Notes: generated from the sequence alone by a model not told the origin. A stretch of DNA of 64,000 bases from an uncultured Verrucomicrobiota bacterium (GCA_964475835.1 CAYYYL010000003.1:69264-133263); one strand, 5' to 3'. Counted from the stretch's first letter, positions 9,185 through 18,951 are shown. Numbers and translations: made by a program.

Positions 9185-9961
9185 TCAAATTCCCAAACAA
9201 AATTTACCATCAGCTGTAAAACCGTAAGAATTCTCTATTTTGGAATTCCAAGCCATCGGTTGGGGGCTAGTTTCGTAGACAGATTTGGGGGCCATTGCTT
9301 GAGGATTTTCTCCTCTGAGCTTGGCTCGCTTTCGATATATCTTCTGCATCAGTCCAAAGGCTTCTTTTTGACGATCCCACTGGTCGAGACAGTAGCCAAA
9401 CCGCTTGCAGGCTTCATCCTCCTGCTCACGAGTGATGGCGGCAAAATAAAGAGGAACATTGAATGTGAGATGCCAGTGAACAAGCCCCGCCTGCTGAGTC
9501 GGAGTTGGGCGTTTCGCCTTCAATCCTGCCGCCCGCATAGATTGTGAGGCATAGAGGGCGGCCTGATGTCGTCGGAAGCGGAGGTCAGTCCAACGTTGAT
9601 GAGCTTCTGCAAGCACCTGTTGAAATGCAACATCCGTGCGTTTTGCTTCATAGAAGACGGCCCCTGAAACACCGGCTTTGATGCGACTAGCTTTCTCGGT
9701 GGCACCTTCTTCAATGGTTTTACAAATGAGACGGATTTTTTCTGGGGTTAAAACGCGTTTACGTCCCTTTTTCCTTCTCGCGCGCGATGCATCATCTTCT
9801 TGATTCGATATGTTCAGATTTTCCATCTTTGCTAAATCCTCATAGTCCAAGGGTTTACGGATTTCACGGTAAGGACGGAGGAGATCTCCCAGAGTACTTG
9901 CTCCCGGATTGTTTTTGAGCATCTCCTCTTTGTTTGGAGGGTCATATTTACCAAGTTTCAT
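9185..9961 (-). CDS. Hypothetical protein (island cargo), basic, possible HTH region
   Basis: 258-aa ORF on the same strand as, and upstream of, the methyltransferase. Lys/Arg-rich segment RARRKKGRKRVLTPEKIRLICKTIEEG. No family recognised. Confidence 0.45.
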   Translation of the reverse strand: MKLGKYDPPNKEEMLKNNPGASTLGDLLRPYREIRKPLDYEDLAKMENLNISNQEDDASRARRKKGRKRVLTPEKIRLICKTIEEGATEKASRIKAGVSGAVFYEAKRTDVAFQQVLAEAHQRWTDLRFRRHQAALYASQSMRAAGLKAKRPTPTQQAGLVHWHLTFNVPLYFAAITREQEDEACKRFGYCLDQWDRQKEAFGLMQKIYRKRAKLRGENPQAMAPKSVYETSPQPMAWNSKIENSYGFTADGKFCLGI

Positions 9962-10427
9962 AGGATCTACGGTTTAATGTTTCTGTGTCTCTTCCACCAC
10001 AGGATGAGGCGTGGACACCTTGAGGTAGCGATAGAGTTCCCCCGTGGAAGTTTGGGAAAAACTCCATCGCTTTTTGTTCTCACCATCAGGCGTGAGTCGA
10101 TTTGTATCGAGTCTAGCTTTGTTGCTGGCAATTAGAGGGCGGGTTGTCCTTCGTGTGCCGCAGGTTGAGCCTGCGACCCTCCGAGATCTGTCGTGTCTCG
10201 CCAGCAGGAGCGATCAAGTGGACTGCAAAGGCGACCTCTTGATCCGATTTCAGTTTGGCAGTCTAGGCGGGCGTCATTCCCTCGCTCTGCGAAGGCTCTT
10301 GCTCGCTTTACCCTTCCAAACCCCGCATTTCCCGAGTTGGAGCAGCAATAGCTCCATGCCGGGGGCAACGCCCGAGGGATCGGACCTCGGGAAATATGTA
10401 CTGCAAATTGATGTGCGTAGATGGGGT

Positions 10428-10664
10428 TCATTGGTTTTCTCCGACAGCGGAGACCCGAAATCGGTTGAGAGCCTGTTCGATGTCACACAGGCGAAAGAGA
10501 ACGACTCCGGCTGACGGACGAATGACGGGAAGGATTCCTTGTTTGACCCAGTTGCCAACGGTGTTCAGCGAAATCCCCAACAGTTCCGCCACTTCCACCC
10601 GGCGCAGATAGGGCTTGGAAGCTTTTGCTGAAATCTCATTGGGTTCCGCGGTTTTGAATTGCAC
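10428..10664 (-). CDS. Excisionase/AlpA-like helix-turn-helix DNA-binding protein
   Basis: 78 aa. RVEVAELLGISLNTVGNWVKQGILPV matches the HTH_17/excisionase-type DNA-binding domain. It lies next to the integrase region of the island. Confidence 0.6.
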   Translation of the reverse strand: MQFKTAEPNEISAKASKPYLRRVEVAELLGISLNTVGNWVKQGILPVIRPSAGVVLFRLCDIEQALNRFRVSAVGENQ

Positions 10665-10693
10665 ATGAAAACTTCAAGCGACACTTTGTCCAC

Positions 10694-11581
10694 ATGCCTT
10701 CTGACCGGCAGGTGGCCCAGAAACTTGGGATTTCGACTAAAACCCTTCAACGATGGCGGAAGAAAGGACTCATCCCCATAACTCGAAAGGGAAAAACGAG
10801 CTTGGGAAAGGCGACTGCTGTTGCGCGTAAGATTAATGCAAAACCGGGGCAAGGACGCCGCTTAGCTCAAATTGCGTCCGAAAAGGATTTGGAGTGGCTA
10901 GCCCGAGTGATTTCAGCCGTAAACACCGTTTTTTACCGTCGGCGAATAACCCTTTGGAGATTCACCCAGATTGCGAACACGCTGAAGCCCAACGAACACT
11001 TGTGTCAGGAAGAACTTGGCCCGGAGTACGACTGGGGATCATCGCAATATAACCGAATATTCGCACCGCGCCCCTTGCCGCGTGCCAGAGCTGAAGTCCT
11101 TGCCGTCGTGAAGAACACGTTGTCCGGAGTCCAATCCGATTTGATCCGTCCGATAGCCGGGCTTTTTGTTCAAGAAGCGCACTACAAGCTTCATCCTAAT
11201 TATAAAAATGTGCGCGTCCCCCAAAACCTTCAGCGGCAATGGGAAACCTTTCAAAAAAGCGATCCTGTTGACGACGAAGATGTTTTCTCGCACCCTTACG
11301 CTCGATTCATTTTGGGCAAGCGGGAGGTTCATCTTAAAAGGACTGAATTCTTTGCGCCAAACGTGCTGAGGAAAAAGCCGCTTTATTCAATTCTTGGTAT
11401 CCCACCACGCCGCGCCCAGCGTGCCGAAAAACGGGCATTGCCATACTTCAGGAAGGTCAAGAAGGCCTTAAAACCCACACAGGTGAACAAGCAACAGGTC
11501 GACGACGACAACGAAACGCTCCGAACCCTGTTTGAAGACTATCGAGTGGAACGGTCGGAAAAATTCCGAGAAGAAGATTAG
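10694..11581 (+). CDS. Hypothetical protein with N-terminal HTH (island cargo; possible regulator or replication protein)
   Basis: N-terminus VAQKLGISTKTLQRWRKKGLIP is HTH-like. The remaining 250 aa were not recognised. Its stop overlaps the integrase stop region (convergent). Confidence 0.45.
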   Translation: MPSDRQVAQKLGISTKTLQRWRKKGLIPITRKGKTSLGKATAVARKINAKPGQGRRLAQIASEKDLEWLARVISAVNTVFYRRRITLWRFTQIANTLKPNEHLCQEELGPEYDWGSSQYNRIFAPRPLPRARAEVLAVVKNTLSGVQSDLIRPIAGLFVQEAHYKLHPNYKNVRVPQNLQRQWETFQKSDPVDDEDVFSHPYARFILGKREVHLKRTEFFAPNVLRKKPLYSILGIPPRRAQRAEKRALPYFRKVKKALKPTQVNKQQVDDDNETLRTLFEDYRVERSEKFREED

Positions 11582-12765
11582 GCGCTTTGGGGCAACAAAA
11601 TTACCTTGGAGGCGCCCTTCGAAGGACTCAACTTCCAAAACCGTTCGGCTTCTGACTTGAGCACAAGAGCTTTGTAGTGGTTGTGCAGCATTCCCACATT
11701 TTGGTGCCCCATTTGTCCCGCTGTGGCAACCGCATCTCCATATTGAGCCAAATGGTAGGAACCAAACGAATGACGCAGACCATTAGCTGCCCATTTTTTG
11801 ATTCCTGCTTTTATCCTGAGCGCTTCCAAACGCTCACGGAATGCCGCTGAATCGACCACAGAGCCTTGTGCCGAGGCATATCGACCGATCCAAGCCATCA
11901 AAGTGTCATTAATGCTCACGACTCGCCTAGAGCGTTTTTTGGACACTTCCACCCCTACAACAATCGAGTGTTCTCCCAATTTGACAGCCGACCAGTCCAA
12001 GCGCAGCAATTCAGCAGAACGCAATCCCGCAAAGAAGCCAATAGCCACATAGGGAAGCAAGCCGAACTCCTCCGCATGTTCCAAAAGGTCTTGGGTCTGT
12101 TTGACAGTAAAGATCTCGGCTTCCTTGTCTTCCGCTTCAGGCCGGGAAAGCCGATCCGCCATGTTGGTTTCCGCCCAGCCATGCCGAATGGCATAGTTGT
12201 AGAGCTGGGAGACCTTCGTTGCGTAGTTGATCCGTGAGCGGGCGGAAAGCGATGGATCAGCCAACCATTCCTCAAGTTCCGCAAGGGCGATGGAGGCCAG
12301 TTGGCGCGTTCCAAACGCCTTTGCAAACCTTCCCAGACGATTTCTGAGGTCTCGCACCGTCCTTTCCCGCTTCCGGGACGAGACGGCCTCATCCCACATC
12401 TTTTGAACGATCTCAGACGCCGTTGGAGCTTCTCGGAAAGCGACGACGTGTTCCAAATAATAATCCGTAGCTTGAGACAGCGTCACACCGTGCTTGGAGA
12501 GCTTTTGTAGGCATCGAGCCGCCTCCGCCCGGACATCTGCAGGGAGAGAAAAAGCCGCAATACCCTCATTCTTCCGCTTGATCCGTTCTTGTTGGGCACA
12601 CGTCTCAGCCTCTTCTTTCGTTGAAAACGAATAACGGACCCGTTTGCCGTTCACTTTCCCCAAATCGACCAAATAGGCGGCTTTGCCATTCCATCCCCGC
12701 CTTTCACGGATGGCGGGCCATGACTTCCGCCTCTCCGCATCTTTAAGGACGATTCTGGGGCTCAT
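11578..12765 (-). CDS. Tyrosine-type site-specific integrase
   Basis: C-terminal catalytic region with LRHSFGSYHL...HQNVGMLHNHYKA (R..H..R/Y motif). Positioned adjacent to the intact tRNA-Thr. Confidence 0.85.
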   Translation of the reverse strand: MSPRIVLKDAERRKSWPAIRERRGWNGKAAYLVDLGKVNGKRVRYSFSTKEEAETCAQQERIKRKNEGIAAFSLPADVRAEAARCLQKLSKHGVTLSQATDYYLEHVVAFREAPTASEIVQKMWDEAVSSRKRERTVRDLRNRLGRFAKAFGTRQLASIALAELEEWLADPSLSARSRINYATKVSQLYNYAIRHGWAETNMADRLSRPEAEDKEAEIFTVKQTQDLLEHAEEFGLLPYVAIGFFAGLRSAELLRLDWSAVKLGEHSIVVGVEVSKKRSRRVVSINDTLMAWIGRYASAQGSVVDSAAFRERLEALRIKAGIKKWAANGLRHSFGSYHLAQYGDAVATAGQMGHQNVGMLHNHYKALVLKSEAERFWKLSPSKGASKVILLPQSA

Positions 12766-12859
12766 TGGGGTTCAATGTGGCACATTAGTGGCACATGAGC
12801 AACATCAAAAACACCCTCAAAACCTCGCTTCAAGACCCATTTTACCTATGAGATTTGAA

Positions 12860-12934
12860 TGGAGCCGGCTATCGGATTCGAACCGATGACCGACGGTTTA
12901 CAAAACCGTTGCTCTACCACTGAGCTAAGCCGGC
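12860..12934 (-). tRNA. tRNA-Thr (anticodon UGU)
   Basis: Hand-folded cloverleaf. Acceptor GCCGGCT/AGCCGGC, D-stem GCTC/GAGC, anticodon stem ACGGT/ACCGT with loop TTTGTAA (UGU), T-arm ATCGG-TTCGAAT-CCGAT, discriminator U, encoded CCA. Confidence 0.85.
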
Positions 12935-12948
12935 GAGACTTGTCCGTT

Positions 12949-14511
12949 TTATCGCTTTTTTGAGGGAAACGCAAACGACATATCACTTCCCTTTCCTGCG
13001 ATCAAATTTTCAATAGCCAAAGGGAGGGCTTGAATCAAATCCCCCGCGCTGCATCCGCCGGTGCGTTTCATTCCAAGATCACCAGCCCGGGCATGCAAAA
13101 ACACGCCTGCACGGGCTGCCTCTGCCGGGACAACTCCACGGGCCAGGAGGGCTCCCAGAATCCCGGATAAAGCGTCTCCACAACCTGGCGTCGCCATCCC
13201 CGCATGCCCGGACATCGCATTCACGGATAGATCATATCGATCGGGACTCATGCCATGTCGCATCAGAGGGCGCGGATGCCCAATCAAGGTACGGGCACCT
13301 TTCAGGATCAACGTGACCCCCCACTTTCGACTGTATTCCCTTGTGATTTCGATCCGATGAGCTTGAACCTCACGACTGTTCGACTGAATCAACCGCCCCA
13401 TTTCCCCCGGATGAGGGGTAAAGATGCGTTTCCCATCCAACTTTCGGAGAAGGCTTCGATTTTTCGCCAGGACATTGAGAGCATCAGCATCCCACACGGC
13501 TGGAATTTGATCCGCTTTCAATAAAGCTTTAACCAAGTGAACCGTTCCCCTTGAGATTCCAAGTCCCGGTCCGACCACAAGGGATGTGGCCCGTTTGAAT
13601 AGGGCTCGGTGTTTCTTGAGAATACCAGAAGTGAGACAAGTCGAACTTCCAGCCGGCCAAGTCATGATCTCCGCCCCTGCAAGTCGGGCGGTGATGGAAT
13701 GAATGCGAGAGGGAACGATCACACTCACAAGCCCAGCTCCCGCCCGCAGAGCGGCACGCGCCGCAAGCGCCGGTGCGCCAGCCATTCCCATCGCCCCCCC
13801 GATTACGAGAACATGCCCCATCTCCCCTTTGTGGGAATTTCGCTTCCGAGTCTGAAAGTGATGGGAAACATCTTCAGGAGCAATCAATTCACACGGACTT
13901 CCGATCTGATCCGTCAACCGTCGTGGGAAACCGATGTCCAGGCAGCGAAGATCCCCCACCCAATCGGCGGCCTCCTCGAGAACCAGTCCGAACTTTGGCA
14001 GCCCAAGCGTGAGAGTCACATCGGATCGGAGTGCACACCCCATGGGTTTTCCTCGATCCGCGCTTAAGCCGGAGGGAATATCGATGGCGATCACATGCAA
14101 TCGACTCTGTTTTATTTCTCGAAATAGGGCTGAAAATGGTTCTTTTAAGGGACGATTGAGGCCGGTTCCAAAAAGTCCATCAAGAACGATGGGCCTTAGT
14201 CCCTCCTTGCGCAACCTTCCCGCTGCGAATTGAAAAGCCCGAACCATTCCACTGGAAATTTCAACCGAAACAACTCGGAACCCGCTCTTCCTTAAAACCC
14301 GAGCGGCCACTCTGGCATCCATGCCATTGTTTCCCTTCCCCACTAGGGCAATCACCCCCTCCCGAACGGGATCATGCTGGTGGGTCACCCAGCCGGCTAT
14401 CGCCGTTCCCGCACGCTCAATCAACTTTCGCTCAGGAGTCCCCCCCTGGACCGTCTCCCAGTCCAGATCGATCATTTGTTCGGTGGTTACAATCTTCATG
14501 ACTCCCTTCAA
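12949..14511 (-). CDS. nnr: Bifunctional NAD(P)H-hydrate repair enzyme Nnr (epimerase/ADP-dependent dehydratase)
   Basis: N-terminal YjeF-N (LVGKGNNGMDARVAARVL). C-terminal carbohydrate-kinase-like domain (HKGEMGHVLVIGGAMGMAGAPALAARAALRAGAGLV...GCGDALSGILGA). Confidence 0.85.
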   Translation of the reverse strand: MKGVMKIVTTEQMIDLDWETVQGGTPERKLIERAGTAIAGWVTHQHDPVREGVIALVGKGNNGMDARVAARVLRKSGFRVVSVEISSGMVRAFQFAAGRLRKEGLRPIVLDGLFGTGLNRPLKEPFSALFREIKQSRLHVIAIDIPSGLSADRGKPMGCALRSDVTLTLGLPKFGLVLEEAADWVGDLRCLDIGFPRRLTDQIGSPCELIAPEDVSHHFQTRKRNSHKGEMGHVLVIGGAMGMAGAPALAARAALRAGAGLVSVIVPSRIHSITARLAGAEIMTWPAGSSTCLTSGILKKHRALFKRATSLVVGPGLGISRGTVHLVKALLKADQIPAVWDADALNVLAKNRSLLRKLDGKRIFTPHPGEMGRLIQSNSREVQAHRIEITREYSRKWGVTLILKGARTLIGHPRPLMRHGMSPDRYDLSVNAMSGHAGMATPGCGDALSGILGALLARGVVPAEAARAGVFLHARAGDLGMKRTGGCSAGDLIQALPLAIENLIAGKGSDMSFAFPSKKR

Positions 14512-14882
14512 AATAAAACCACTGCAGCAGCCGCGGTAGATTCATGGTGGGTAAGACTGATATGACTGCCCTTGACACCTTTTCGATCGGCGAGTTCAGC
14601 CCCTTTTCCATGGAGGATAAGAAACGGCTCCCCGTGATGCCGACGTCCCACCTCCAGGTCCTTCCACCCCAATGCATGTCCGATCCCGGCACCAAAAGCC
14701 TTGCTCGCAGCTTCCTTCGCAGCAAAACGCGCGGCCAGATGTCGCGCAGGAAACTTCATTTTCATGCAGTACGAAATCTCATCCGGAAGAAACACGCGCT
14801 GTAAAAAACGATCTCCAAAACGTGCAAGAGATTCTTCAATGCGCGAGGTTTCGATCAAATCGATGCCCAGCCCCAAAATCAT
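14508..14882 (-). CDS. acpS: Holo-[acyl-carrier-protein] synthase
   Basis: MILGLGIDLIETSRIE...FAAKEAASKAFG. 124 aa, typical size for AcpS. Confidence 0.85.
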   Translation of the reverse strand: MILGLGIDLIETSRIEESLARFGDRFLQRVFLPDEISYCMKMKFPARHLAARFAAKEAASKAFGAGIGHALGWKDLEVGRRHHGEPFLILHGKGAELADRKGVKGSHISLTHHESTAAAAVVLF

Positions 14883-15628
14883 GCACGCCCCCGTTCCATG
14901 GCAACAAGCATCTCCGAAATCGCCCCTCGAATTCCAAGTACAAGCGCCCGACTCACAATACTATGCCCGACATTTAACGTTTCAATGTGGGGAATCCGAA
15001 CAATCGGCTTCAAATTGGCAGTCCGCAATCCATGTCCGGCATTCACCCCCAAACCCAGGTCATGGGCAAGGTTTGCCGCCTCACACAATCGGTCCACCTG
15101 GCGGCGCCGGTTGGAGCCTGTTCGCGCTTCCGCAAAAGCCCCTGTGTGAAGTTCCACATAATCAGCCCCCACCTCAGCACAGGCGCGAATTTGCTCCGCC
15201 TCCGGGGCCACAAACAGACTGACGGCAATTTTTTTTCGATGAAGTCTTTTGACGCAAGCACCGATTCTCCCCTTGTCACGCACGACATCCAATCCCCCTT
15301 CAGTAGTCACTTCCTGACGACGCTCCGGAACAAGACAGACCTCCACCGGATGAACCTTCAACGCCAGTGTGATGATGCTCCCATTCACCGACATCTCCAG
15401 ATTCAGGGGCAACCCACCCCAGTGCTTCACTCTCCAGACATCCTCATCCTGCACGTGACGACGATCTTCCCGCAAATGCATGGTGATCCCATGGGCCCCG
15501 GCCCTTTTGACAAGCCTGCACACCTCAAGAAGATCCGGCTCTGCGTGACGATCTGTTCTTCCACCCATGGATCGGTAGCGTGCTTCACGCAGGGTTGCGA
15601 CATGATCGATATTGACCCCAAGTTTCAT
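14879..15628 (-). CDS. pdxJ: Pyridoxine 5'-phosphate synthase
   Basis: MKLGVNIDHVATLREAR...ELHTG. 249 aa. Confidence 0.9.
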   Translation of the reverse strand: MKLGVNIDHVATLREARYRSMGGRTDRHAEPDLLEVCRLVKRAGAHGITMHLREDRRHVQDEDVWRVKHWGGLPLNLEMSVNGSIITLALKVHPVEVCLVPERRQEVTTEGGLDVVRDKGRIGACVKRLHRKKIAVSLFVAPEAEQIRACAEVGADYVELHTGAFAEARTGSNRRRQVDRLCEAANLAHDLGLGVNAGHGLRTANLKPIVRIPHIETLNVGHSIVSRALVLGIRGAISEMLVAMERGRA

Positions 15629-16308
15629 GCCGAACGTCCCGCGATGGTCGAAGGAATCAAGGTTCCTCCGGAAATGATCATTTTGATGGCGTCTCCCACA
15701 CTGAGATCCACCTCACGCGTCTCGCGCACTTTTACCACAATCAAAAATCCGCTTGTCGGGTTCGGGGTTGTGGGAACGAAGACATACCAGGACGGTTCCC
15801 CATCAGTGACACGATCCGCAGAGCCTGTCACAAACCCAATCACGCGCGAATTTGGAGTCGGAAACTCCACAAGAACCACCTTCTGGAAGACCGCCTTCTT
15901 GTCCAGAGAAAACCCCTGAACAATCTGTTTCACCCCTCCATACACCTTGCTCAGCACAGGAACCTGTGAAACCAGCGCTTCGAAAAAAAGAAAGATCCTT
16001 CTGCCAATCACATACCGCGTCAACAATCCCACCACAATCACGAGGGTGATATTGAGGCAGAACGCAAAAACACTCATTTCGAGAGCCCAAGTCCCACCCT
16101 GAAGTTCAGGAAAAAGCTGTTTCAACACCTGAACCGTGGGGGCGGTGATCGTGGTGTAGAGCCAGACGAGGATGTAAACCGACAGGATCAGCGGCAAAAG
16201 GAGGAACAGACCGGTGAGAAAGTTCCTCTGAACCGACTGGATGAAGGTTAGTTTCGTGTTTTCAGTTGTTGGATCAGCCATGTTTCTTCCCGCCTCATTT
16301 GCCGGCAT
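15625..16308 (-). CDS. DUF502-family membrane protein
   Basis: Two N-terminal TM helices, then ...QKVVLVEFPTPNSRVIGFVTG... typical of DUF502. The start may be the internal Met at 16281. Confidence 0.65.
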   Translation of the reverse strand: MPANEAGRNMADPTTENTKLTFIQSVQRNFLTGLFLLLPLILSVYILVWLYTTITAPTVQVLKQLFPELQGGTWALEMSVFAFCLNITLVIVVGLLTRYVIGRRIFLFFEALVSQVPVLSKVYGGVKQIVQGFSLDKKAVFQKVVLVEFPTPNSRVIGFVTGSADRVTDGEPSWYVFVPTTPNPTSGFLIVVKVRETREVDLSVGDAIKMIISGGTLIPSTIAGRSA

Positions 16309-16703
16309 TCAGCGATACTCTTGTCGCGAACACCCGCAAGGTGCAACATGCCGTGGGCGAGATAGAGAGTCAATTCCTCGTCAAAGGTCTGAGCATTCGC
16401 CACAGCCTGTCGATGCGTGGTATCCAGTGAAATCAAAATCTCCCCGATGCCTCGTCCATACGGAAAAGTCAGAATATCGGTGGGACCACGATGCCGGAGA
16501 AACCTCCAATTCGCCCCAGCCATGCGACGATCATCCATCCAAACCACACTCAACTCCGAGAGATGAAATCCCGGATACCGCTTCCTGGCCCGAACGAGGC
16601 ATCGATGCAGCCCCAGAATGACCTTGCGCCACTTACTGGCTCGCGGACGAAGGGAAGGATGGAGATTGGTCAACGTGAGTTTCATCCTTGGGATAGCTGA
16701 CAC
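16248..16703 (-). CDS. ybeY: rRNA maturation endoribonuclease YbeY
   Basis: HGMLHLAGVRD zinc-binding motif (HxxxHxxGxxH-type). About 150 aa. The start is uncertain (alternative Met at 16682). Confidence 0.85.
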   Translation of the reverse strand: MSAIPRMKLTLTNLHPSLRPRASKWRKVILGLHRCLVRARKRYPGFHLSELSVVWMDDRRMAGANWRFLRHRGPTDILTFPYGRGIGEILISLDTTHRQAVANAQTFDEELTLYLAHGMLHLAGVRDKSIAECRQMRREETWLIQQLKTRN

Positions 16704-18951
16704 GGGCGTGCATCATGCTCAACAGGGTTTTCGAAAAACTTTCGGCAATCACCTTCAAATCCTTGAATTCCAGAGCACAGTCCTCCAACTGGCCATCCCG
16801 GTATCTTTCGTCGATAATTTCCGCCACCAGGGCCTCGATTTTCTGGGGGGTCGGTTTGACCATCGACCGGGAAGCTCCCTCCACGGCGTCTGCCATGCTG
16901 ATGATTCCGTTTTCGCGTGAAACAGGTTTCGGTCCGGGATACCGATAGGTCTCCTCCTCCACCCGGGGAACATCGTTGGTGTTGATCAGCATGATCTTGC
17001 TTCCAAGCTTGGCATCCTCCTCATTACGTTTGGCGACACGATAAAAATAAGTCACCTGAGAGGTGCCATGGTGCTCCTGAATGGTGTCGAGGATCGGTCG
17101 GGGAAGACGTGCCTGCAAGGCAAGGTCAATCCCATCCTTCACATGAGCAATGATGATCAGGGCGCTCATGTGAGGAGTGATGTAGTCATGTGGATTTTCT
17201 CCCTCGATCTGATTCTCACAGAAATATTCGGGTTTGGTCAGTTTCCCAATGTCGTGAAAATAGGAACAGACCCGGGCTTGCAGCCCATCCGCCCCAATCG
17301 CTTCGCATGCCCGCTCAGCCAGATTGGCCACGACCAAACTGTGATGATAGGTGCCCGGAGCCTCCATCACCATCCGTCGAAGCAAAGGATGATTCAAATC
17401 CGCAAGTTCTAGCCATCGGAGGTCGGTTGTCACCTTGAAAATCATCTCCAAAACAGGAAGCAAGGCACTGATCACAAGACTCGCACCCAAAGCGGCACCA
17501 ATGGCACAACCACTCTGCCATCCAATCTGAAGGAGAGGAACCTCCCACATCCACCCAAACACGAGACTGACAAAACCTGATGCAAGGCCCGCCATCAACC
17601 CGCTTTCATAAATACGCCCTCGACGGCGAAGGGGACTGACAAAATGAATAGCCACGACCGCGGATGCAAGCGAGGTCAGCATCACTGCGAAACTCGATTG
17701 AGTGACCACCCCCAGCAGAAAACTGCATACAAAGGCAACCACATGAGCCTGGCGCCGATGAATCAAAATGGCAACCAGCATGGGACCAAAACAAACCGGC
17801 AGAATAAACGGTATCAATGAACTGGAAAGGCCGAGAGAATTTGCCCCGTAGATGCAGAGTCGACAGATGGCAAAATGAAGAAGAACGATCGTCGAAAGAA
17901 GGGTTAATTCGCGATTCGTGGCTGGAACAGCACCCGGGTTGTAAGCGAACACAAGTACCGCGATCCCAAAAATGACAAGAACCCAAGCCACAAGCCCCAC
18001 CTTCTGACGCCAACGACTTTCCTTTGAAAACTGCTTTTCGGCCTGCGTCTCGTGAGATTTCAATATGGCCACTTTTTCATCCGTTAAACGCTCCCCCCGT
18101 TCCACCAGAACCATTCCGCGGGTAAAGGAACGATTTACAGGGCGAACCATCCTCCGTTCCTGCTCCTGAAATGTCAGGCTCAAGGACCTGTCATACTGGA
18201 AGTTCGGTACGATTAATTCTGCCACCAGACGTTCCAACGTCTTTAATCCCCCGGACGGAAGCGATCCACTACCCAACATGAGGTTTAATAATTTCTGACG
18301 AGCCTGGGTAACCGTAAGAAGCTGTCCCGCCTTCGTCACATTGATCCGGGAAAGATCATCCGCCTTTTCGGCCATCACCACGGCAGCCTCCGGATTCGAA
18401 AACTGATCGTCTCCCACCACCCCGGCAACCATGATCTGAGTGCCAAACCGGGTTAACCGCGATAAAAACTCAGAACGGTCCGTCATGGAAAAAAGCACCT
18501 GGGCATCAGCGGGAATCAAAGACACGGAACTTCCCTCGTTCCAGATAGCGATCGCCTCCTTCAATTTTCGATCCGCCCCCTTGGTTCCGGGCTTGATCGA
18601 GTCAAGCCGCTCCATCACATGCTCCAATCGGGTTAAGTCCCGACGAAAATCCTCCAATACAAGTCGATAGACATTCGGAGCCAGTGCCGCTCGTCGCTCC
18701 GCTTCCGTCAGGGTGGCTTTTTCATCAAAACTCTGAAAATCAACACTGGCAACCACGCTCACAGGACAAATCTGCCCCACTGAAAGCCCCACCGGATCCA
18801 AAGCCCCACCCCCAAGAGTCAAAAGAATCAGCCCTCCAAGGGAAACTAAAACGATCAACCACCGCACCACCACGCTGCGATGAAGAAAATCCCGAAGCCA
18901 GCGTTCCTCCAACGTTCGCCGCATCCGTTGTCTGTCCGATCGCTTGAACAT
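16633..18951 (-). CDS. 7TM-HD (HDIG) membrane phosphohydrolase, PgpH/YqfF-like
   Basis: Multi-TM central region. C-terminal HD domain HHSLVVANLAERACEAIG...YFHDIGK...HHGTSQVTYFY. Conserved neighbour of ybeY. Confidence 0.85.
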   Translation of the reverse strand: MFKRSDRQRMRRTLEERWLRDFLHRSVVVRWLIVLVSLGGLILLTLGGGALDPVGLSVGQICPVSVVASVDFQSFDEKATLTEAERRAALAPNVYRLVLEDFRRDLTRLEHVMERLDSIKPGTKGADRKLKEAIAIWNEGSSVSLIPADAQVLFSMTDRSEFLSRLTRFGTQIMVAGVVGDDQFSNPEAAVVMAEKADDLSRINVTKAGQLLTVTQARQKLLNLMLGSGSLPSGGLKTLERLVAELIVPNFQYDRSLSLTFQEQERRMVRPVNRSFTRGMVLVERGERLTDEKVAILKSHETQAEKQFSKESRWRQKVGLVAWVLVIFGIAVLVFAYNPGAVPATNRELTLLSTIVLLHFAICRLCIYGANSLGLSSSLIPFILPVCFGPMLVAILIHRRQAHVVAFVCSFLLGVVTQSSFAVMLTSLASAVVAIHFVSPLRRRGRIYESGLMAGLASGFVSLVFGWMWEVPLLQIGWQSGCAIGAALGASLVISALLPVLEMIFKVTTDLRWLELADLNHPLLRRMVMEAPGTYHHSLVVANLAERACEAIGADGLQARVCSYFHDIGKLTKPEYFCENQIEGENPHDYITPHMSALIIIAHVKDGIDLALQARLPRPILDTIQEHHGTSQVTYFYRVAKRNEEDAKLGSKIMLINTNDVPRVEEETYRYPGPKPVSRENGIISMADAVEGASRSMVKPTPQKIEALVAEIIDERYRDGQLEDCALEFKDLKVIAESFSKTLLSMMHARVSYPKDETHVDQSPSFPSSASQ

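Larger units (their letters stand above)
5936..12908. mobile_element. Integrated genomic island (~6.9 kb) at tRNA-Thr(UGU): integrase, excisionase-like HTH, C-regulated R-M system, unknown cargo
   Basis: Bounded by 51-bp direct repeats (partial tRNA copy at left, intact tRNA at right). A tyrosine integrase sits immediately inside the tRNA-proximal end. GC content looks lower (high 40s to about 50%, by eye) than the flanks (about 60%). Confidence 0.75.

Noticed and set aside
10044-10514. ORFs 10044-10514(+), 10132-10431(-) and 10274-10558(-) inside the island's 465-bp gap
   Set aside because: The translations are low-complexity, they overlap the excisionase gene and each other, and there are no motifs. 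The region is treated as non-coding (see finding).
12777-12796. TGGCAC-N5-TGGCA resembling a sigma-54 promoter (GG-N10-GC) next to the integrase gene
   Set aside because: The orientation points away from int and into the antisense of tRNA-Thr. The -12 element is TGGCA, not TTGCA. It is better explained as a 9-bp direct repeat (GTGGCACAT x2), possibly protein-binding.
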